Assembly (NCBI RefSeq): GCF_006345805.1
Contig: NC_043000.1
Location: 137,206,001-137,270,000, forward strand
Length of the DNA stretch: 64,000 nt
Direction of reading: 5' to 3'
Source: Octopus sinensis
Taxonomy: Eukaryota
The position numbers and the translations under genes were made by a program. Below the pieces are notes generated by a model. That model was not told the DNA's origin, did not search any database, and saw only the letters and a program-made list of their open reading frames with translations. Positions 41,586-55,345 of this stretch are shown piece after piece (the first letter of the stretch is position 1; each line of letters starts with the position of its first letter).

Positions 41586-43243
41586 TTTATCGTTATTACA
41601 TCTGTTATATATAATACTGTCCAATATATACACAATAAACCGTACAAGGAAAACGGCGGGCATGATACGTAAACATAGTATTTGACAAGCTTTTGGTCAT
41701 TATTGATATGTGCTAAGTCCATCTCTTCAAAATTTACAACACTGAATGACTTAATTTTTAACTGAACGCACTGTTAATACAAATATATTTTTCTCTTAGA
41801 ATATATTCGGTATTGATGTGCTGAGGATATTCTTTAAAAATCGAATACATAAGCAATTGAGTAAATAAACAAAATCCTTAAATAATGTGTAGATTAATTT
41901 TGTACTTATTTTATTTCCAACTGATACTGTAAAAATAATACATGATACTTGGCTTTCATTTCCATATGCGTAATGCGAAGTTAGAAAAGTAATGGCAAAA
42001 AATAAAGCAGGGAAGCTCTGTTCCGCCATTGCCGGAAGGGAAAAACAAATCAATCGGTATAATTATTACATCGATTTCTAACTATATCATTACCAACTAA
42101 ATCAATTCAACGCATTATCACACACTTTCTTGCTACACTCATAGCATCTCACCCCTTAGACCATTTCACCACTAATTTATCTACCTTACCGCTAACTATA
42201 TTTTCTGAATCTTTTTTTTATAAAAGGTGAACGTGAACATTAACTACATCAAACTAACGAAGTTATTTCTATTCTCCGGTATAGCATTAATTATAAATCT
42301 GAGAAGACTTCAAACCTAAGAACAAAAAATATTTAAGAATTAAAAAACTTAAACAATTAAAAAGTTTAAATAGCATAATTTCCTATATCTTGCTCACTAC
42401 AAATACAAATATCCCCATAATTGCAAGAGGAGAGGATCGAGATCCAGTGAAGGCACTCATCTGTTAAAGTAAGTAATTGCGAGAATGCAGTAAAAGTATC
42501 TTCCACATATCAACCTAAACCAGACCAGTTAATTTTCAAAGATAGTAAGCACTTATTTAAGTGAAAATTGCTGTGGATCGATTTTGAGGAATAAAAGGCA
42601 AACGGCATTAATATTAACATGATTTGAAATCAGAACTGATAAATAACAATCGACATGCAGATTCTGAGGAACCAGTTTATATTGTTCGGTAACCAAAGCG
42701 TGTGTGGAGAGGTTCATTATCTGAAAATACGTTAGAGAAATCACCATGTTCACAAGCTGGTATTATCAGCAGCAGCAGCAGCACCACCACCACCACCACC
42801 ACCACCACAGCCGCCGCCACCACCACTAACACTACTACTACTACTACTACTTGTAACAAGATCATAAACGTTACTAGTTATTACTGTTCTTTAGTCCCAA
42901 GTCATCTGTAACTGAATTATCATAAGGTCAAAGACATTCCAGACGTGATCATCGGGTCCGTTTGTATATATAGAACTATACTTTACAGTCTGTTCTTCCT
43001 CACTATGACGTTAGGGTGGAGTTTGAGGGAAATTAGCAAAATCGAGTGACCAGGTAGACCAGGTTGGTACACATAATGAGATTTTCTTTATCTAATGGTC
43101 ATATAAAATACAGAATTACAAACAGAGACGGAAAAATTAATCTCCAGAGCATCAGTTTAATGGAATTCCTTTTCTGTACATATATTTCTTTCCAGCTATC
43201 GTTTTACAACTTTTTAAAAGGAACGTTAACAACGTTCATTATA

Positions 43244-43476
43244 TATTTCTTTACTACCCACAAGGGGCTAAACATAGAGGGGACAAACAAGGACAGACAA
43301 ACGGATTAAGTCGATTACATCGACCCTAGTGCGAAACTGGTACATGTGTAATCGACCCTGAAAAGATGAAAAGCAAAGTCGACCTCGGCGGAATTTGAAC
43401 TCAGAACGTAACGACAGACGAAATACCGCTAAGCATTTCGCCCGGTGCGCTAACGTTTCTGCCAGCTCGCCGCCTT
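43244..43476 (-). mobile_element. Family-A SINE, full length
   Basis: TSD ACAACGTTCATTATA. Confidence 0.85.
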
Positions 43477-44051
43477 TACAACGTTCATTATAATGGATTC
43501 GGAGGGTCTACGAAAGCCAGAGGTCGGCTGCTCTCTGCGGCCAAAGCTAAAATAAAAACAAACATAAAAATAACAAAAGCAAGTAGAAGTTATTGCAGCA
43601 GGAGTAACGGCAATATTAGTTTTAACATAGTTAATATTACTAATAACATTATTATCAATCACTTCTAGCGTGTAGTAATTGTAGAATTAATAGATGGAAG
43701 TCGTAGCTTCCTGAAACATCTCAATAAGTTCACATTTATAAGTTTGTGGTGATGGTGTTAATGATGATAATTGCTGATGTTAATTTGGTTCCACTGTGTT
43801 GACTGCAGATATCATGCTGAGGGTCATGAGGTAACTTAGTGTATTGTGATAGTTGCTGTAGTTCATTTGTTTTTGCTATTAAGTTTCATTGACTTATCAG
43901 GTTTGTGCAGTGTAAATGTAATGTGAATATCATTCGCGTGTATATTTTAAGAGTTTGAATAGTTGCATTGTTGCCATATCTGAAGTTGATATCAGATAGT
44001 CTAATTCAAGGCTGCAGCATATTGAAGTACCCCAACGCTTTCACATCTTTA

Positions 44052-45360
44052 TAATGGGGTACCACAAAATAAATGGAAACATTCTCTATGGGACAAGCCT
44101 TTTGTAGTTCAGGCTTCCGCTGCTAGAATCCACTTGATGCATCAATCTGCCGAGCTGCGTCGTCCGGTGAGGTCGTACTGCCACGTGGTGTGTCTTTTCT
44201 TTGCAGTGCCTCTCCCCCTCTTCGTCGATTTTTGCGATGGCGGAAACGAAGGAACAGCGTGCTTCCGTGAAATTCTGTTTTCTCCTGAGGAAAACGGCGA
44301 CCGAAACAGTTGTTATGTTTCAAACAGCTTACAAAGACGCTGCCATGAGCAACGTCACAAGTTTACGAGTGGCTTCCACGCTTCAGAAATGCTCCCTTGT
44401 CGCTTGAAGACCAACCTCGTTCAGGGTGACCGTTGACTCCCTGGACGAATGAAACATCACGAGAATTCCTAAACTTATCTTAGCGGATCGTCGCTGAACA
44501 ATTGATGAACTTATTGACATGACGGGTGTGTCCTGGAATCTGCCAACGAATTTTGAGTAAGGAATTGCGAATAAAAAAGAGTTGCAGCAAAATTTATTCT
44601 TCGTCAGCTCACGGAAGATCAAAAGCAGGTACGACTGAATGCGTGTCGGGAACTAAAAGAGCAGTTGAAAATTGATCCGAACCTTTTTCCGAAGGTCCTT
44701 ACTGGTGATGAAAGCTGCTGCTACGGCCAGGAAACAAAGCAGCAATCAATCAATGGAAGCATTCAATGTCCCCACGCCCCTCCAAAAGCGCGTTAAGTGA
44801 AGTCCAATGTCAAGACGATGCTGTTCTGTTTTATCGATGCAAAAAGAATTGTCCACGCAGAATTCATTTCTGTTGGTCAAACTGTTAACCAGAAATTTTT
44901 CTTGGTAGTTATGAAGCGTTTGCTAGACGCGGTGACACGAAACGTCCTGTTCAGTGACAAAGCGGAGAGTGGTGGTTTCATAACGACAATGCACCTGCGC
45001 ACATCGCCATGAGTGTGAGACAGTTTTTGAACCAAAAATGGCATGACTCCGCTTAATCACCCTCTCTCTTCGTCCGATCTTGGTCCCTGCGATTTTTTTG
45101 TTCTCCCGAATAAAAAAAGTCCTGAAAGGAAAACACTTTGCAGATGTGCAAGAAGTGGAAAAAAAAAAAACAAAAAGACGGAGGCGTTAAAAGACATCAC
45201 TTCGTAAGAGTTCCCGGACTGCTTCAAACTGTGGAAAATTCATCTGGAACAATGCATTGCTTCAAATGGAGAATTCTTTGAAGGTGGTAAAAGCATAAAC
45301 ATGTAAAAGTGAACAAAATAATATTGCAAAATTCCCGTCTCTTTGGGGTCACCCCTCGTA
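44052..45360 (+). mobile_element. Mariner (DD34D-type) DNA transposon, near full length, decayed
   Basis: Right TIR ...TTTGGGGTCACCCCTCGTA followed by TA; degenerate left TIR; ~1.3 kb. Confidence 0.9.
44237..45295 (+). pseudogene. Mariner transposase pseudogene
   Basis: Fragments MAETKEQRASVKFCFLLRKTATET, TGDES, KTMLFCFIDAKRIVHAEF..GQTVN, HNDNAPAH, HPLSSSDLGPCDF; multiple frameshifts and stops. Confidence 0.9.
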
Positions 45361-45531
45361 TATAGGCTATTTGAATGAGTTTGTTCTTTTATAAGTCGTA
45401 ATATATGACATAAGTCGTAAGTTGAAGGATTTCAGAGATGCTACAACATATAAGTAGAAGCTCTGTCTGGTACCTTCTATTATTATTAATTACTAGTGTT
45501 GTTCGTCTTGATGAACGTTTGTATTCATAAA

Positions 45532-46085
45532 CTAGCTTAAGGTGACCTGCTCTACGCGCGGGTGAGGTTGTTACTTTCTGTTTCTTATTGCTACATTCTT
45601 CCTCTTTGTTTCTCGCTCCTTTCTTTCTCACTTTCCCACTCTCTTACTCTTCCTTTCTCTCGGACACTTCCTCGCTTTCTCTTACTCTCTCTATCTATCT
45701 CCCATTTATAAAAAGCAAAAGATTTTGAGTAAGTTGAGAAAAAAAATATTTCGAAAGATCAATTATAGATATCAGGCAGTGACAACGGAAAAGTCTGCTT
45801 CAAGGCAGAAAGCAAAACACTAACATTTAAAAGGGACAGACGAACTTGCGAGCTGAATAAAAATATAAAAAAATATTGGAAACCAAAGTTTGAAGAGATA
45901 GAATCTCAGGATAGTAGACTCACCAAAGCAACCACTGTAGCGTGCCAAAATGTCTCCCAATCAATTTCTCACCTCAAGTTACCCACTCCTATAAATTTTA
46001 ATCCCCTTCCAGCCCCATTTAGACCCCTTTTTACATAAAAATCCAATTTGTATCAACGTTCCACTTCTTCATTTTATAGATTAGA
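45532..46085 (-). mobile_element. Non-autonomous Helitron
   Basis: Minus strand starts TC and ends CTAG, preceded by hairpin ACCCGC/GCAGGT; inserted between A and T. Confidence 0.6.
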
Positions 46086-48446
46086 TTTGTTGTCTAACTG
46101 TTATTGTTATAACTGCGGCTGGCATAAACGTCGTTACCTTTTATGTAGACGTTATATATTTCCACTACCAGAAAAATAGGTAGCGCGTAAAATAACCATT
46201 AAAAAATGGACAAACTTTTTCATGTCTTTTTATTTTTATTTACGTAATGTTGCAGATACTGAAAAGTGATCAGATTGTAACTTCGTTACAACAATTTGTT
46301 TTTAGTTATGTCTGATTGAAAGTGAACCAAAAGACAACACATTTCACTCACTTATTTTGAGTGCGATGATGCTTTCATCGCATACGAGTAGATGATTCAG
46401 CAATCAGCACCAGTTCTCTTCAAACATAATGACACAATCCGAAACTGTCTTTGAAGCGTGAAGGTTCCCGGGGCTTCTACTTGTTTCTATTCATGGATTG
46501 TTAAAAACTCCTGCTTTCGATGTGTTAATGCTTTGAAGTTTCTCAGCAAGTAGCTGCGTTCACAATATCTACTGCATAATACCTGGTGTAACTGTTAATC
46601 CTGCCGCCATTGAGTTAACTTTTCTAAATTCAGCGCGCTGCTGGCATCACTTAGAATAGCGTTTGTACATAACTTACAATGGCAATTGCACATAGCTATT
46701 ATATTTTAAGATCGTATTGTGAATGCGTTAAAATGAAATAGAATGGCATTAAATAAACAGGAAATCACAGGAATCTTGAAGGTAGGTATTTAAAAGTGAT
46801 AGTGCCGAAAACAGGTTTTGATGTTGCTTGGATTTGAAAGCTTTAACTGTAAATCTGATAGATTAGCACATTTACGAAGAAATAACCTTATAGAACTTAA
46901 TATCATTATGTTAAGCCTTTCTTGTTCAATTAATGTTTCATCGATTAGACGCTAGAGCTAATTGTATGTAGTCAAAAATACTTCATTTTATTATATTCAA
47001 CTCCTACCAATGTTACACGATGTTGATATTGAGGCATGGCTGGTCGATATATCACAACAGAAAGGAAAGCACAAACTAAACAGGACATTTGAATTGACAG
47101 AGAAGCAGTAGAGGACAATTTCAACAAGCGCTATTTATGATTATCTGTGTCGAATGACCGATTTCAGAGAGGCTATTATATGGTAGAATTAACGTAATTA
47201 TAGCTCATGACAGTTTATTGTGATCAGATTGCTGTGGATAGGCATTTTCTTTCAAGCTTCTTAGCTTGACTCCACGGTGGGATTTGTAGCAAGATAACAG
47301 GTGGTGTAAGGGATGTGTTTGTTAGAAGCATGTTTGCTTGGTCTATCATGAAATATGGTGAATTTAGATCTACAGAAAATCAGTGATGCGGTTTAATTGG
47401 AGCATCCTTTAGTTACGGACGAACTGATTTAAGTATCAGAATATAGCAAACGACTTGTGAGAAACACCAACATCAACATGAAATATCTGCTCAAAGAGTG
47501 CTTTTCACATTTTATTATTTTATATATATATATATAAAACAAATTGCGTAGAAGCGAGATCTATAGCACACTTTACAGACCAAAACACATTTTAAAGAAT
47601 CGTTAATATCACTAGCTATATATACATTTATCTCTTTGGGAAAGAAGGCCTTAAGTATTGTTCAGGTATTAAGAAAACCAAGGTTCAGATTATTTGACAA
47701 TATCATTTAACATATAACAATAGAAAGATATACTCATAGTCAACAACACTCATACATATGCACACAAACAACCACATATACATATCAACAAATGTATGTC
47801 TATACATGTATGTATGTATACATGTAGGAACATTTTTGCATTCTTCATATATATATAGGAACTTCGATGCGGAAGCGCAATATGATTTTGCTTAAAGCAT
47901 ATAACTGGCGTACTGTTAAGTGAATGAGTTCATAGATCGCTCGTAACTCCGTTTTTATTCATTATGAGAGAAAGTCGAGACAAAACGTAAAAATCGATTC
48001 AAAGTTATGAAAGTGATACCGAGACATGAAGTGTGACATTAGGATGATAGATACCATGTCAGCTTAGTTTGAGAGAATAATTCTCTGTAAATATACAAGA
48101 ATGACAAAATTTATTTAAAAATGAGTCTTTTCAAGAATTCCTTTATCTCAGCTGTATCTAATCATCCAATGAGATTTACTTTGATCTCTACAGTCTAAAT
48201 TGAAACTACTCCAGGATCGCCATTGATTTTTCACTTCTCCAGAGTAGTACCAGTTATGTTTTGATGTCAATATAATTGTCTATGCGTCACCTCTACTGAC
48301 ATTAAAATTCTCCATGGATTATTATTGATTGCCAATCAGCTCTTCATTAAATTTTCTGTCATTGAACTTTTGACCAGTTTTCCATTGATGATAGAAACCG
48401 TTCGTCAGCAGTGATTTAGTGGTTAAAGCTTATTTAGTATCTGGTC

Positions 48447-48843
48447 GTTAATTTGTATAGCAATAGCTATGTGATTAATCTGTAAGGCGATAGTTATGTG
48501 GTTAATTTGTAAAGCAATAATAATGTAATTAATTTGTAAGTTAATAGATATGTTGTTAATTTGCAAGGTAAGAGTTGTGTGGTTTGAAGCGGCGAGCTTG
48601 CAGAATTGTTAGCACGCCGGGCAAAATGCTTGGCGGTGTTTTGTCCGCATTCACGTTCTGAGTTTGAATTTCACCGGGGTCGACTTTGCCTTTCTTCCTT
48701 TCTGGGTTGATAAAGTAAGTACCAGCCGAGTACTGAGATCGAGGTAATCGATTAAGCCCCTCCCTCGAACTTGGTGGCTTTGTCCCCCTCCCCAATTGAA
48801 ACTAATCGTTATGCAGTTAATTTGTATGACAATAGTTATGTGG
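48447..48843. repeat. Diverged 27-bp minisatellite interrupted by a SINE
   Basis: Unit ~GTTAATTTGTAAGGCAATAGTTATGTG; ~5 copies on the left, ~1.5 on the right. Confidence 0.75.
48586..48800 (+). mobile_element. Family-A SINE inside a 27-bp minisatellite
   Basis: A consensus; minisatellite units on both sides. Confidence 0.75.
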
Positions 48844-51078
48844 TGGGAATGGAACAGATATTATTGATATTGTCTGCTCGTAATTATAAGTTCGTGGGTT
48901 CAGTTACTGGACCAGGAAGCGGATTGCGCCTCTGAGAAAAATACCTCGTATCACATTATTTTACCCTACTCAGCTGTAACGTGTAACAGTCGCATACTAA
49001 TGCAGCTCCCGATCTCTTCACACGAGTACCGACCGGATACTGGTGCTGCCTATGTTGGGGCCAAGAAGGTATCTATATCTGGTCATGCTTACATGTGTTT
49101 TAAAACTATTAGCGAAAACAGCCCATCAAATTATACTCGCTGGCGAGTGACGGTTGGCTATACTGGCTGTGGTGCTGTGGTGTGTCTTTCAATAAATTTT
49201 GATCATTGCAACATGATATTGTTTCTTCACCCGTAAAGTTATCAGACTTCGTGTCTATGGAAACAGATTAAAGGACGTAAGTTTTGTGCAACAGAATCTT
49301 AAAGCTATTTTCGGTTCCTATTTGGAAACGTTTAACTTCACTTTGGAAAAAAACCAAAACAGCAAAATTTTCCTTTAAAATCGTTTAAATGACCAGACCA
49401 TCGTTGTTGTTTAATCTCAATCTTGATTGAGCAGACCAATCATCTGAGGCGTTCTAGCCATGACCATTCCGTCTTTTATGGGTATTGGGGCTACATCATC
49501 GAAAGTAACCTGTAACTTTTTTAAGGCGGCAAAGGGAGATTTGGTTGCTACTTTTACCTCTAACACACAGTCACTCTTTCATTTTTATGCCCATGTAAGA
49601 AGCAATGACTGATTTCCCTGCTACCATTTAATTGTTGTAATAGAAATCGACCGTGAGCCTCAGATACCGAACAATCAGTTCTTAATGAATAAGGCTGTCA
49701 TATATCCTAACGAGAGAAAGTTCTAATTATTATAGCATCTAATTTTTATACTTAAAGCGTATCAAATCTTTGAATGAGTGTCACTGATCTAATTTAAGAG
49801 AGAATTTGTGACATTTATTGGTAGGAAATCGGCAAATATTTGTCGCCTTCAGTTCAGAATATTCTCTCTAGACCTCTTCTTCGCTGCTTAATTCCAGTAA
49901 ATCCTCACAGATAACATGATTTGTCTCTGCAATTGCTAATCGGATTTAAAACATTGGACTAGCTTAAATCAGATATACTGCACTCACCACCTTAAGCCCG
50001 CCTTTCTGCTCGCTTGTCTGCCAGTTTTACTGCAGATATGCGTGCATAAATGCAGACTATTTATTTTATTTCTTTCTTACATGTCTCTGTGTTGTTTTTT
50101 ACTCTCTTTCTCTCTCTTTCACTTCGTATATATATTCTTCTGTTCATATTTCCCCTCTTTCTATTCTTCCATAAATTTTTAACGTTTCTTTACGTTTCTC
50201 TTTCTGCCATTCGCTTCTTCTTTTAATTATTTCACCCCATCTATTCCTTTTCATTTTTCTCTTTTTGCTTTTAATCCATTCCCTCTCTCTATCCAGCTTT
50301 TCTTTCTTATTCTTATTTTTATTTTATTTTCACTTCCTTTCTTTCTGTCGTTATTTGTATTTATCTTTTCCTGATTTTGTCTCTTCTGATATATATATAT
50401 TTTCTTTTCACTTTCCCTTCATATTTTCCTCCTTCCTTCCTTCTTTTCTTTCTTTCTTCCTTTTTCCTTCCTTCCTTCCTCCCTCCCCTTCTCTCACTTT
50501 CTATTCTGTTTTCCTCAATGTACTATTACCATAATCCCAAACCCGACCATCAATCAGCTAGACAATAATTCGAATACCAACACAACCACAACAACAAACA
50601 ACAATCAACAACAACAATAACAACAACATTAACGGCTACAACATCTACGCCATCACCACCTCTATGCATAACTCTTAGTTTACGAATCAACGTTGTTGGT
50701 TTCGCTCATCTTCAACGCCGTCGATTTAATCGTCATCATCAAATAATGAATGAAAGAAAGAAAGAAAGGAATATAAACAAAAGAGAGCGAAAGAGAGAAA
50801 GGAAAGTGTGTGTATGAGAGAGAGAGAGAGAGAGAGAGGGAAAAAGAAAGAGAGAGAAAGTGAGAATCACAAAGAGAAAGAGGATAAAGGAACCGATTTC
50901 TCGCTGGGGCATTTTCATTTGCAGAGATTTCGTGACGCTCTGCAATTTCCCTCTTCAAACAATCCGTACGGTATTAAAACTGAGAAAACGTCTGCCATAG
51001 GCTTCACAGAATCTTTGTGACATGCAATAATATGTCGGCGTGAATAATTAGTCAAGCAGTTGATGGAACAAAGTGGAA

Positions 51079-51468
51079 GAAGACATGTCATTACATATTT
51101 CGTCCCGTTTATTATGTGGACATGTGAGCGTGTTAGTGTGTGTGTGTGTGTGTGTATGTGTGTGTATCTGTCTACGTATATGCAATATCAAATGCGCGTT
51201 TGTCCTTCAGTGTGTATAAACATTAATAAAGCCGGCATTGTTAATTAACAATGAATCTATTTGTTTATGTTGTTCCATGTACTATTGAAGTATATATGAG
51301 AGTCTCTACGTATTTGTATTTATGGCTTATTGTTCCATCTATGCTAAAATATGAGCGAGCGTTGACGTATTGTTGGAACACAGAAATTCGCATCTGTGAA
51401 TCCATTATTCACATGCTTAAATGCATGCTTGTACAAACTAATCATGCACATAGTCATACATATAAGAC

Positions 51469-51538
<70 letters not shown>

Positions 51539-52066
51539 ATATATAATTTTACTCGCTCTTTTACTCTTTTACTTGTTTCAGTCATTTGACTGCGGCCATG
51601 CTGGAGCAGCACCTTTAGTCGAGCAAATCGACCCCAGGACTTATTTTTGTAAGCCTAGTACTTATTCTATCGGTCTCTTTTTGCCGAACCGCTAAGTTAC
51701 GGGGACTTAAACACACCGGCATCAGTTGTTAAGGGATGTTGGGGGGGGGGAGGGAGGGGGGACAAACACAGACACATATACATACATACATATATATGAC
51801 GGGCCTTCTTTCAGTTTTCGTCTACCAAATTCACTCACAAGGCTTTGGTCCGCCCGAGGCTACAGTACAAGACACTTGCCCAAAGTGCCCCGTAGTGGGA
51901 CTGAACCCGGAACCATGTGGTTCGTAAGCAACTTACATACCACACATCCACTGAAGGACAAACGCACATTTGATATTGCATATGAGTACACAGATACACA
52001 CATACACACACCAACACGCTCACATGTCCACATAATAAACAGGACGAAATATGTAACGACGTCTTC
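51079..52066. repeat. Inverted repeat pair 51079-51212 / 51949-52066
   Basis: ~120-130 bp reverse-complement match. Confidence 0.8.
51550..51950 (-). mobile_element. Family-C SINE
   Basis: Matches the C consensus. Confidence 0.85.
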
Positions 52067-52214
52067 TATACATATAGTGAGAATTTACAAAAAATCACAA
52101 AAAAAGACGGGTGTATAAACAACAAACATATATATGTATATATATATTTTGTTTGTTTGTTTTTGTTTTTCCAGTTTCAGCTCTTGAGCTGTGGCCATGC
52201 TGGGGCACCGCCAT

Positions 52215-52376
52215 TGTGGTGAAAGAGTACAGCAGGGATCACCACCCCCTGCCGGAGCCTCGTAGAGCTTTTAGGTGTTTTCGTTCAATAAACACACACA
52301 ACGCCCGGTCTGAGAATCGAAACCGCGATCCTGCGACCGCGAGTCCGCTGCCCTAACCACTAGGCCATTGCGCCTC
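52215..52376 (-). mobile_element. Family-B SINE head fragment
   Basis: Reverse complement of the B head. Confidence 0.8.
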
Positions 52377-52387
52377 TATATATATAT

Positions 52388-52683
52388 AAACAATTGCAGC
52401 GTGGAAGGCTTTTATAAGCCATTTAAAAAAAAAACGCAAAAACCGTTAGATTCACTTCAACATTTAAATTTAATTTGTGTCAAAATATTTTCGTCGCTTT
52501 GAAACTGCGACCTGTTCAATGACAAAAATTCGTGCTGTATCGAAATTTTGTCAGTGAACAGGTCGCGGTTTGAAAGCGATGAAAATATTTTGACACATTA
52601 AATTTAAATGTTGAAGTGAATCTAACGGTTTTTGTGTGTTTTTTTTAAATGGTTTAGAAACATCTTCAACGCTGCAATTGTTT
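52388..52683. mobile_element. 296-bp fold-back element, PLE-related, with an HHR variant in each arm
   Basis: Arms 52388-52532 and 52541-52683 around loop TGCTGTAT; TA run on the left. Confidence 0.75.
52549..52595 (+). ncRNA. Minimal hammerhead with G3-C8 swapped core (GTGAACA)
   Basis: TGTCA-GTGAACA-G-GTCGC(ggtttgaaa)GCGAT-GAAA-ATAT-TT-TGACA; mirror copy 52478-52524(-) reads TTGAACA with stem II GTCGC/GCGAC. Confidence 0.65.
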
Positions 52684-54509
52684 TTGTTTCAGCACACGAT
52701 CTCAGATCAAGTCACACCATAACATCTTCAAACTCGCTCCCCGGTGTGCTGGGGACGAGTTTGAACTATAATAATTGTAAAATGTAAATTCATGATAAGG
52801 ATGTATAATTTTAGCTGAAATTTAACTGAATATTTTAACCTACTTCATTTAAATGTAAATTAGCTAAAATTAATACAATAAATGGAAACGAAACTATCAA
52901 AATAAAATCGAATTAACGTTGCATTATGAACTGAAAACTCTGAGCCCATAATCTTAGATTTACAAACCTACGTTCTCAAAAATTGGTTTTTCTCTTCAGG
53001 GCCGGAAATACTTCAGATTTGATCATTAGATAATACACTGTATAGGTTACATCCAAATCACATGCCAAAATAGCAAACTACAGTAATGTTTCTAAACTAT
53101 TTTTCTTACGACCTACTTCGATTTTCCCCAAAACAACGTGAGCTCTACCATCAACAGATGAAGTCGTTATGTAGCATTTAGGATAAACACGTGTGCTGAG
53201 AGTGCTGCGGCACTCTGTCTCCGAATGTAGGCGTTTATGTTTCACTAGGAACACCAGAGCTGCCCAGGACCATTTACCGATGTAGGCGAAAAAAACAGCC
53301 GCACAGCAGCACGATCTTTGTCGAGTCAGATGCTGCACTCTGGGCCAAATGTTTCTACCATCCTTAATGCTCGTCCTTGCTGCGCCACTCATCCTCACTC
53401 TCGAGCTTGATGTAATGGCTCATTTTCTCAACGGTTTCTGGCAACATCTTTCCGCTCCTTCGCAGGTTGTTTAAAATACCTGAGCATCGAGCGAACCTTG
53501 CTTCCAACATTTCTAACACCTATCTTTACAGGAAAGCAAATTACCTCCAATCCATTTGTTTTACTCACTTCAACCAACATTCAAAAGCCGTTTTATATAA
53601 ACTTTATTGCCAGTTTTATTCACATGTCACTTACTTACATCTATCTGAAGTAAATGATGTCCCACCAAAATATTCCCACGCCTCCCCAGTAGGATGTGCA
53701 CCTAATCATACGGAACACTGAAGCCCATTCAACTGACTAAGGCACATTCAAACCTCAAAATAACGGAAACGTTGTTTCACAGAAACTATTTCTCCCACAG
53801 ACTTTTTCTGCAGCCACCCTATTGACAATTATTTCTTTTAAACTACTATTTCATTGCTTTCAGTCTTCCAGGTTTTGGATGTCTCCATCTCTTTTCTTTT
53901 TCCTTTTCTTTCCTCAACTACCTGACCTTTCGTTCTTACACTAAACACTTTGACCAAGTAAAGGTGATAACTTTGTAGTTATTATACAGTTGCCTCAAGT
54001 TCAGTTTTTCAGTTACATAGCAACTGTGTGATTGCTAGTAATGTTTTAAACGATCGGTCATACATGATAGAGAGCGATAGGAAGCAATCATTTTCAGTCT
54101 ATATATACTCAAGTACATACTTCATATTGTCACTATTGTGTTAGATTTATCAAATCTTTACAGATGCAGTATTAATAGAACGAACATTAACTCAATTTAT
54201 TTCCAAACACGGAAATTTTCAACAAGAATGCGAATTACTCATATTGGCTTTTGTATTTATTGTATTTATGGTGTTAGACGCTATATATAAACTTTGTCAA
54301 AATTATCAAATGATTTTTGGTTCTTTAACAACAGAAGCGATTAAGATGTGGAGAAGATAGTTCAAATGGACAATGGTACGAACACTTAATTTATTTTACC
54401 TGTACTGAATAATGGCATATTCACTAGCGCAACGGGGAAGTTGATTCCCAGGATGACAAAGACGAAGTGCAGCGAAATTATAATTAAAAATGATTTGATC
54501 CTGATGCAG

Positions 54510-54800
54510 GTATGTATGTATGTATGTATGTATGTATGTATGTATGTATGTATGTATGTATGTATGTATGTATGTATGTGTGCGTGTATGTATGTGTGAG
54601 TGTATGTGTATGTGTATGTATGTATGTATGTATGTATGTATGTATGCATGTGTATGTATATATGTATGTATGTGTATGCATACACGCATGTGTGTATTGA
54701 AATATATATATGATATAGATAATATACATAATACAAATACATATAAAGATATACACACATATATACATATATACAGACACACATAGACACACACATATAT
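54510..54800. repeat. (TATG)n compound microsatellite
   Basis: Seen directly. Confidence 0.9.
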
Positions 54801-54944
54801 ATTTATACATGCAAGTTTTTAAATATGCACATATGTATCGTTGTACTCTTTTAGCAGTTCCAGTTATGGTGCTCCAGCCTGACCGGTCACAGTATTCGAG
54901 TTAGGACTAGTAAAGGAGTAAGAAAGAGTGAAATATGTATGTAT

Positions 54945-55345
54945 ACTCTTTACTTGTTTCAGTCATTTGACTGCGGCCATGCTGGAGCACCGTCTTTAGT
55001 CGAGCAACTCGACCCCAGGACTTATTCTTTGTAAGCCCAGTACTTATTCTATCGGTGTCTTTTGCCGAACCGCTAAGTGACGGCGACGTAAACACACTAG
55101 CATCGGTTGTCAAGCAATGATAGGGGGACAAACACAGACACACAAACATATACGCACATACATATATATATACATAATTACGACGGGCTTCTTTCAGTTT
55201 CCGTCTACCAAATCCACTCACAAGGCTTTGGTCGGCCCTAGGCTATAGTAGAAGACACTTGCCCAAGATGCCATGCAGTGGGACTGAACCCGGAACCATG
55301 TGGCTGGTAAACAAGCTACTTACCACACAGCCACTCCTACGCCTA
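54945..55345 (-). mobile_element. Family-C SINE
   Basis: Full-length reverse copy. Confidence 0.85.

Noticed and set aside
51949-52056. CTGAAGG...GGACGAAATATGTA as another hammerhead
   Set aside because: Core has G at position 9, is not adjacent to the GTCC/GGAC stem, and no stem I forms.
54390-54516. Splice-donor-like CAG|GTATGT
   Set aside because: Created by the start of the (TATG)n tract; no supported exon upstream.
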